DNA of 64,000 nt from Monocercomonoides exilis PA203. Its lineage: Eukaryota; Protista; Preaxostyla. The notes under the pieces are model-generated. The model saw only the letters and a program-made list of their open reading frames with translations. It did not search any database and was not told the origin of the DNA. Location: NCBI GenBank assembly GCA_001643675.2, contig LSRY02000030.1, forward strand, positions 558,001 through 622,000. The letters are read 5' to 3'. The translations under genes were made by a program, and so were the position numbers. Positions 55,961 through 64,000 of the stretch are shown piece after piece (the first letter of the stretch is position 1; each line of letters opens with the position of its first letter).

Positions 55961-56539
55961 TCGCAAAATGATTTCAACAGCGTAGAAATATCTTTTTTCG
56001 AATCACGAAAAATTGGCATATAACTAAAATCAAATGGTTTTTGACAAAATCCTCACAAATAACGAATAAACCAATTTTTCAAACCTGTATAAAACAAGAA
56101 AAAGTTATGGGACAGATCAAAAGAAAAATGGAAAGTTGAAAAAACACTTTTTCGACAAAAATAACTAATTTTAAATTAATTAATATTCCATTTTGTTTCG
56201 TTATAAATATATAAAAAATATTTTATCGATGGTCCATATACTTGTAACTTGCCAAAAATATTTTCAGAAATAGTATATTATAATATATTAATAATTTTCT
56301 ATTATTAATTTTTTTCTAAAAGTGCTCTTGAGAGCCAGAAAATTTAGGTCCCGATTAAAAAAGGCGATATGATAAATTACTGAACCTAAGAATGTTTTGT
56401 TGAAAAATTTTTCTCTGCTTATTTCTTATTATTTCATTTCAAAACGCAAATGTTGGTTATCGAATTATTTTCATTTACCACTGAGAAATTCGAAAACATT
56501 TCAAACGACTCGAGAAAAAAAAATCATTTGAAGTTAATA

Positions 56540-59229
56540 TGGTGAAAAATACGGACTTTCAAGCTTTTCAAGCACAAAGAATGAAAAAAATCGATTCACT
56601 CATAACTTTATCTATCATTCTCAGATTTCAATTAAAATTGGTTTTTCTAATCTGCAAGTTGTCATCATTGATGTTATTTCAAAAAGTTTTGTGACATTCC
56701 ATGAATGTCAAAAAATAAACCCATTTTTTTGTATTTAAAGAACACAAAAAGCTTATCGAAAGAGTAAATTTTTCAATGAAAATGCCGGAAGTCAAATATT
56801 TTATCCCATATTAATTAACTTTTATTTTCGAGGAATAAAAACCATTGTGAACATCTTAATTTTCATATCAAAGAGAATTTTAAATGTGTTGTATTTATTG
56901 TCATGAACAAAATTAGGGAAAGGGACAAAACCCGGGAATGTCTTATGAAAAACGCATAAAAGAAAAAGTGAATTAATAAAATTGAAATTGAAAATAGCTA
57001 TCATTTTCCTATTTCTCTTCAAATTTTCGATGCTGTCTTTTTTTAAAAATATGAAATATCAGAATTAATTCAATAAAATGAATGGATCACAAAGTATTTA
57101 TGTTTTTTTTTCCTTCTTCATCGGAACTTTAAAAAGTTTTCGCAACAGCAAAGTTTCTTCAAATGAAATCAAAAGTTGAAAAATTTTATTTTCTTCTTTC
57201 AAGAAAAGATATCTTACACAGAAGAATTATTTTTTTTGTTATGGTCCCTTCCTCTTTACTATATCGACATATCTCTTCATTGAAAAAGGGAAGAGATCAA
57301 TAGCATATATGAAGGCTATATTTATTCAATATCGAGGAACAAGAAGAAACTTAAAACTGTGACAAATCTCTATTGCCTTCAAAGAAAAAATAAAAATCAA
57401 AGACATTGTTTGAATTGTTTGACTTATATTCAAATATTATCTTTGAACCATAAACACATAATGTTATCACGCCGAGAATGAGATGAAGCGAAAAAAACAT
57501 AAATGAAGATGACATCTGTGAAAAGACGGAAATCAATGAAAAATTAGCCAGACGATTCATTCAGAGTAGCAATGTTTAACAAATGTCAAAACCAAAATAA
57601 AAAGACAATAAAGGGAAACTGGCATCCTCTTCAACAAACATTTCGTCACAGTTTTCTTTGTTGTGTAATGAAATGATAACAGAAAAAAATCAGTTCAGAT
57701 CTGATGTTGAATTTTCATGAAACTGGAATATATTTGTGAAAATCTGATGACAATTACGTAATCAATCGACAAGATAAATAAAATCCAATTTTTCATTCGT
57801 GACAACTCTATCCCAATACATCTTTTTTTTTTCGAATGTTTGCTGATTGCTCCTTAATCAATTAAGCGATGCAAAAGCCTTTCAAAGTTGTCTTCAAAGA
57901 TCCAATTTCTTTTTGATTTCGTAATATAGAAAATAATTATCAAAGGAAGCGGTTGATAACGAAAAAGAACTGTTGAGAAATAATGTTGAATTGACCATCA
58001 CCAACGAAGACTCGTTTCTGAAACAAAGTGGGGAAAACAATTCTATTTCATCTTATAGTGACTCTCCTTTTCATTCAATTTTGTTTTGTTATTTATCTTT
58101 TGGATTTTGTTCAGTTTATTTGATTTTTTCTCTTTGTATCATACATGAGAATGTTTTTTCAATCAGGATTTTGAATGTTCATTTATTGCCACAATTAAGA
58201 AAAACTTGTTTTAAAATATTGCATGAACGTTTTCTTCAAATAAATATTAATTTCTGTTGATTCATAATAAAAGATATCAGGAAGTGGAGTCAATTGTTGA
58301 AAAACTCCTCAATTGATTAGACATTCCCTGGTTTTGTCCCTTTCCCGGGTTTTGTCCATAACTATATATGTATTTGTTTTAAATAATGATTCCTGTTTTT
58401 ATAATATGTTGTGAATTCGAAAAAAAAATTTTTTTTTCTTGTATAATTCTCACTTTCAATTTAAATTCTATTTTCTTGAGATTAAAAAGCACATGTTATC
58501 AAATCAAAATGTTTTATCACATTTTAAAATAATATATTCACCGATCAATGATAAGAAATTGTCAATAATTTTTCATTTTCATTGTCAGATATGGCTGATC
58601 CATTTTGAAATCACACTTTTTTTCGAATTTTGATCAAAAATTTTTATCTCAACGGGATTTGTGCCAAATAATGTTTTAGCAATAGCAATATCATAAACAA
58701 TAAGTGTTCCCTATTACAACTCATTTTTTTCAAAATCCCATTGAGATTAAAATTTTGATCAAAACTCGAACGAAAAAATGAATTCAAAAAGAATTAGCCC
58801 TTTTGTTTAATTAACTTAAACATAAAAATTTCATATGTGTGATTATTTTTGAATACATATTTTTTCTTTCAAAAAATTATGATTGAAAATTTCTTTTTAT
58901 TATCAACAAAAGAACACAGAAAATGGAAAAAGAATGCAAAAGATATTTTTATCTTATTTGAGGAAATTTTTTTCACTTCAGGCGCTTTCATTGAAAAATT
59001 ATGCACTTTTCATCGAATTTTTTCGACCAAAAAACAGACTTTAAATTTGTCCATTTTTTGACATTCGTGAAATGTCACAAAACATTTTGTTATTTCATCA
59101 ATGGTGCCTTCTAATGGATATGAAAATCAAATTTATTATAATATCTGGTTTAGTTTAAAAATGTTATAAGTGAAGTAATTTTTTTTGAACGTTGTGCAAA
59201 TAAAGCTTGAAAGTCCGTATTTTCCCCCA
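56540..59229. mobile_element. Old foldback/MITE-like element with pogo-related termini, flanked by TA
   Basis: TA|TGGTGAAAAATACGGACTTTCAAGCT vs reverse complement TA|TGGGGGAAAATACGGACTTTCAAGCT. Diverged arms 56540-56810 / 58960-59229; inner arms ~58600-58660 / 58733-58790. Confidence 0.7.
56898..58364 (+). mobile_element. Decayed pogo-like transposon nested in the foldback element
   Basis: ~46-bp TIRs (ATGRACAAAA...GGGAAAGGGACAAAACCMGGGAATGTCT) flanked by TA at 56896-97 and 58365-66. Internal remnants LLYRHISSLKKGRD (cf. AWYRSKTAEKENRD) and LNFHETG (cf. FNFDESS). Confidence 0.75.
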
Positions 59230-59989
59230 TATGATGAATTGTGTAATAAAAATACAATTTGAAATAGAATTATGTTTCCAGATTGACATTGATAATTCGT
59301 GTATTTTAAGTTATTAAAATATATCCAAGTTCTTTTTCATCAAATTGATTTATTTTGAGTTTGCAATACACCAATGTTTGTTTTATTGCGACAATTCGTC
59401 TGAATGAATAATTTCAAATCTTTTATTTCCATTATCTCAGTTATGTATAAGCAACATATTTGTGAAAGAAATATGGTCAATATGTGAAATTGTGAGAAAT
59501 TATTTATTGAAATTAATATTCGAGTTATTTTTTTTTTGATCATTCCTTTTCATGACAATCATGTATAATATTCTGTTAGTAATGATTCAAAGCAAAATCA
59601 TTCAGAATATCTTTGTATTTCCTCAAAAAACACTGATTAATTTAGTTTTATATATTCACCCAAAAAAATAACAAATGATTGAATGAAATCAAAAGCTCAA
59701 TTTTTTTTTTCAAATTATAAAGCTCAAAGTGATTTTTGATTGCAATGCATGTTCAAGAAACAAATCCATTTTGTTGTTTCATGAAAAATTAATTTTGCTA
59801 AGCTTATTCTTTAAAATAAGAAAGGATTCCATGTTAATTTTCAATAACCGCATTTTTTTTCAAACTATTGATGTTAATTCATATGAACATGCAAAGCTAA
59901 TTGTTTTTTTAAAGAATTTCTTTTTGAATTTTTGTTTGTAGATTTTGTAATCAAATCATTTTGAAATAACTTTCATTATTAACTGATTT

Positions 59990-60130
59990 GGAAACCAGGA
60001 TGTGTTGGCAAAGGAAATGGAGAAGGAAAGTGCTTGCTTGTTAAAATGATCATTCATTTCGTGCTCACTAACAAATACAATTGGACGATGGATGTATTGC
60101 TACGGTGTTCCGGCTTCATTCAAAATGAAG
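59990..60130 (+). pseudogene. Short fragment of the beta-helix-like family, followed by a ~34-nt poly(A) tract
   Basis: GATGTATTGCTACGGTGTTCCGGCTTCATTCAAAATGA matches 63292-63329 and the reverse complement of ~5915-5960. A run at 60147-60180. Confidence 0.65.
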
Positions 60131-60146
60131 GAACAACAACAAAAGG

Positions 60147-60185
<39 letters not shown>

Positions 60186-60887
60186 GCTGTTCTTATTTTG
60201 AGAAGATCATTTGAATGAAAGTGTTTTGAGAATGGAACGAAGAAATGCTCAAATGAAAAAGGAAGAATTTCAAATGACAACCGAGGGAATGAAGAGAATC
60301 ATCAAAAGATATTCTTTTCTGACACAAAACAAGTGAAACGATTGTGAGAGCTTTTTGTGCTGATTGGAAGAATGGACAAGCAGGTGAATAAATGAGAGAA
60401 AGAATTCCATTTTGATTGACTTCTTCAGATAAATTTTTTGTGAATCGCAAATCGCATTTCTTCTCCTTCTTCAAATACGTTGCTGCTTTATTCTGCAATT
60501 TCAACATTTTCGATTGGTTTCTTCAGCAAACAATTCTTTCTTCATTTCATTTGTATTCTTCTCCAACATCTTCATTTTTTCATTGAAAATTTAATCATAA
60601 AGAGAACAAGTTAAAGAGTTCTGATGATTCAAGAGGCAATGAATGAATAATTGAATGCATTGTTGTATAAATAAATCTTGTTGAAGAAGATGGAAGGTAA
60701 TGATCCATTCAATGAAGATTCTCGATGGAACTTATTGAAAAGAAATTCTTTTTTTCATTTTTTGAAAAAGGAAAGAAGAATATTTTTAATAAAAATACAA
60801 TTCTTGTTTTCTTCACATTTTGTGAAAAAATGAAAAAGAAAAGAGAATATAATTTAAGAGTTACAATTTTTACTGAAAAGAATTTGG

Positions 60888-62403
60888 CTAAACGTTAACA
60901 AAATAATCAGAAATTTTCAAAGAAAAAACTTCACAATAATTTTCGTTTTGAAAAGAAATCACTCCATAAAGGCTTGTGATGGTATCTTCATATCCTTCTT
61001 CTTCCATCTTTTCAAAAACCTTCCTTTTCGTTGCCTTTCTTTTCGCTTCCTCTTTTTCTTCTTTCTTCTTTCCATCCTTTTCTTCTTCCTTCTCTTCTTC
61101 CTTCTCATCATCTCTCTCTTCATCCCCCTCATCAAACTCCTCTTCTTCTTCCTCTTCTTCCATTTCATCATCCTCCTTTTCTTTCAATCGACTCGAAACA
61201 AACATAAAGAAACGCAAACAATCCCAAATAATATCATCATCCAAAGTTGATTGATTCATTTCCTCCAAAACAGCATCAATAGCTCCGCTTTTCAACAAGT
61301 CATCAATTTCCACATTTCTATTTTCTGCTGCACGTCGAAGTGAATCGAGACATCCATTGCAAATATCTTTGTGATTGTCCCTTGATGCTCGAATCATTTG
61401 AACAAGGCTGCCTATTAGTCCAGCAAGTTCTTCGTCCCACAATGTGTATGAGTTTAAGAACTCAGAAATCACATCGAACCATCTCTCGATAACAAGCACT
61501 TCCTTTGCTTCATTTTCTCCTTTTCCGTCTTCTTTTCTATTCCAGTCAACACTCTTTGACAGATCTTCCAGTTCTCTTCTTGCTTCTCTCGCGAAATGCA
61601 GTTCATTCACAATCACTTCTTCCAGCTTTCGTCTTTGTTTAATCTGTCTATTAAAAAGTCCCATGCAGACTGATGGGCAAGTTTTGTAAGATTTCTTTGT
61701 TTCTGCTGATGTTCGACGATTTCTGTAATTTTCTTCAAATACAGTTCTCGTTCGATCAACTAATAAGAAATGAGGGAAAAAAAAGAAAATACAATAAAAA
61801 TGAAATAGAAGTGTTCATACTTGAGTTCCAACATTGCTCAAAGCCAACAAAGCCGTTTCCACTTTTTTTTGTGCTTCTTCGTTTTTCTCCTTGTTCAAAG
61901 AAACTTTCAGAAGACAGGGAACGCAAACCGGAAATAGATTTGAAGAAGCCCACCTGTTCAACAAAAAATAGCATTCGCAAAGGCTAACAATATAATTTTC
62001 ATCCTTTTCTTCTTTCTTCTTTTCTTCTTCAATAATCATCTGTTCGAATCTTCTTCTCAGCGAAGATTTATCAAATCATGGATTCCACTCGTTTTTCAGC
62101 ACATTGCAATATCCGACACACTTCAGAAGCAAAAGTGCATTTTCCATTGACATTTTCTTTTTTACTATCATTTTGTGAATTTTATTGAACAGTTTTATTG
62201 TGAAAATTGATTTTAATTCATCTCCATTCATTTCATTAATCATTCTTTTCATTTCCTCCATTTTCTGCATTTGTTCATCTTCTCCGCAATCTTCAAGTCC
62301 ATCAAACAATGCTTCAAAATTATAAAGAAAGAAAGAAATGCAGTTACCAGGAATTCAAATGTAACAATGGATGCAAACCAGTGAACTTTTCAGTGACGTT
62401 CAT
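60888..62403 (-). pseudogene. Expanded alpha-helical (ARM-like) family member, two introns, premature stop and frameshift
   Basis: MNVTEKFT|ALFDGLEDCGEDEQMQKMEEM...VPCLLKVSLNKEKNEEAQKKVETALLALS...NELHFAREARRELEDL...KVFEKMEEEGYEDTI...SDYFVNV*. TGA at 62076-78, frameshift near 61630. Confidence 0.85.
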
Positions 62404-63226
62404 TTCCTTCGACTTTTTGTTAAACGCATCGTTCAAAAGACATCAACATTTTAACCAATCCAAATGAAAAGAATAACCGAGACAGAGAATAAATGACAAA
62501 TATAAAATTTACAAAACTATCTGGAAAATGTCTTTTCTCATACCACGCTTTTAATGAAAGCACTTTTGGCAAGGAATTGCAGAGAAAAAGAACGCTTAAT
62601 CCTTTTTGGTTTGCTGTTATGGACGTTTTGATCAAAAATTTTGCAGAAATACAGGAAGATGAATAGAATAATTAGATATTATCAAATTCATTTTTTATAT
62701 TAAATTATCCTATAGATCCAGCGAAGTTAAAAAATTATGGAAAAGAATTCAAAAAAAGAACATGCAATTCACACTACGAGAATTGGAAAAAACATTGATG
62801 AAAAACATTTTATTTCAAAAAAGTTTATTATTTCGGCATTAACACACATTTTGGCAATAAGCAAAATCAATTTTGAATTCTTTTCATGAATATTTAATTT
62901 CAAATTATGAAAAGAGAAACCTGCTTTCTGAACGAAAGCATTGGAGATCGAACAGATTTTTTTTAAAGAAATATTACGAATTAAAAAGATTCCATTTCCA
63001 AAGATACGAATAAACAATGATAATATGCAATATTTGAATGGTTTCACTCAATGAAAGAAGAAGTAATTTTTTTTAAAAATAGAAGGAGAAAGAAACAGTT
63101 TATCATTCATGAAAGAGATTCACTTTGTTTTGATAAAATAAGATTAATTAAAAGCTGTTCCGAAAAGGATTTTGTCAGATATTATCAAAATTAATATTCT
63201 TTTTTAAACAGAAAAAAGGCTTGGAG

Positions 63227-64000
63227 GAGAGCACTTGTGTGTTCGTGTGTTTCTTCACTTCGTGATTGCTTACGAGAATTGATGGTGGAGGGATGTTTTG
63301 CTACGGTGTTCCATCTGCATTCAAAATGAGGAGCCTACAGTTTATTTCGTGCTCTGCAGCATCATATGGAGGAGGATTGGATTTCAGGCCATATCAATCA
63401 ACAGCTCCAAGCAACAACCTTTATTGCTATTTCTTCTTCTTCCACGATTGCAGTTGCAGTAATTCTACTTTATATGACCATGATGTGTATTTCTATGATG
63501 GATTCAATCTCTTTGATTCGAATAATCCGTTCTATGAATCATATACAACGAATAGCAATGATAAGAGAGTGTACTACCAATATTATAACGGAAACAACTG
63601 GGTGTATCAGGAAACACAAAAGAAGGGATGGCTGAAGGAAGGGATGAAGGATAGATTAGTTGGGGTGAATGGGAATGACGCAAACAATCTGTGTGGGATG
63701 AGTGAGGCAGCGCCGTGCAAGACAGTGGGGCATGCAGTGGGGTCGAGCATGGCGCAGCTGAGCTCCACAATCACGTTGCTGAGTGGGAGGCATGTGAGCG
63801 AAGAGAAGACGATCAATGTTGGGGAAAAGAAGATTTCCGTTGTTGGGAGAGGGAAAGCAGCGAGTGTGATTGGGACGAGTGAGCTTTCGACCTCTTCAAC
63901 AACGTTGTTTAGCGTATCTTCTGGCCAACTGGAGGTGGGGCGTGTGGGGATCGACCACAACGCGACAAGAAGCTCATCGCCGAGTATGTTTGTGGTGTCA
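63227..64000 (+). pseudogene. 5'-truncated paralog of the beta-helix-like family gene; frame open from 63293 to the window end
   Basis: GMFCYGVPSAFKMRSLQFISCS...YCYFFFFHDC...TTNSNDKRV...KKGWLKE...VNGNDANNLCG...PCKTV...GEKKISVVG aligns with the reverse complement of ~5250-6000. Confidence 0.8.

Larger units (their letters stand above)
53370..56253. mobile_element. Pack-type non-autonomous DNA transposon: 181-bp near-perfect TIRs (GGCAAG...CTTGCC), 8-bp TSD AAAAATAT, carrying host gene-family fragments
   Basis: 53370-53550 vs 56073-56253: one mismatch found by eye. TSD at 53362-69 and 56254-61. Excision exactly restores the host element's arm. Confidence 0.93.
52561..56354. mobile_element. Non-autonomous foldback DNA transposon (~0.9 kb, ~300-bp TIRs, TTAA TSD) interrupted by the 53370-56253 element
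   Basis: TTAA|TCGGGACCTAAATTTTCTGGCTCTCAAGAGCAC...GTGCTCTTGAGAGCCAGAAAATTTAGGTCCCGA|TTAA. Left arm 52561-~52860 pairs with right arm ~53160-53369 plus 56262-56354. Confidence 0.9.

Overview
AT-rich, intron-containing eukaryotic (protist) genomic DNA using the standard genetic code. Intron style (GTDTG donors), low-complexity Ser/Glu inserts and the expanded gene families suggest the oxymonad Monocercomonoides; this is an inference. The window has three zones. (1) 1-33.7 kb is an accessory zone: a giant secreted beta-helix-like gene broken by stops, degenerate ORFs, and decayed DNA transposons of four superfamilies (Merlin/IS1595-like, Sola2-like, PIF/Harbinger-like, pogo DD35D). (2) 33.9-52.3 kb is a compact core-gene island with no recognisable transposons: a PSTAIRE CDK, a Man1/Src1-type MSC-domain protein, PRP16, clathrin light chain and exocyst SEC6. 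(3) 52.5-64 kb holds nested TIR/foldback elements and more expanded-family pseudogenes. Three observations stand out. A Sola2-like DDD transposase carries a complete ubiquitin-specific protease (USP/C19) domain in frame. The CDK gene needs a 114-nt AT-AC intron to be rebuilt. A young 2.9-kb element with 181-bp TIRs and an 8-bp TSD carries intron-containing pieces of an expanded host gene family (Pack-type capture) and sits inside a TTAA-flanked foldback element.
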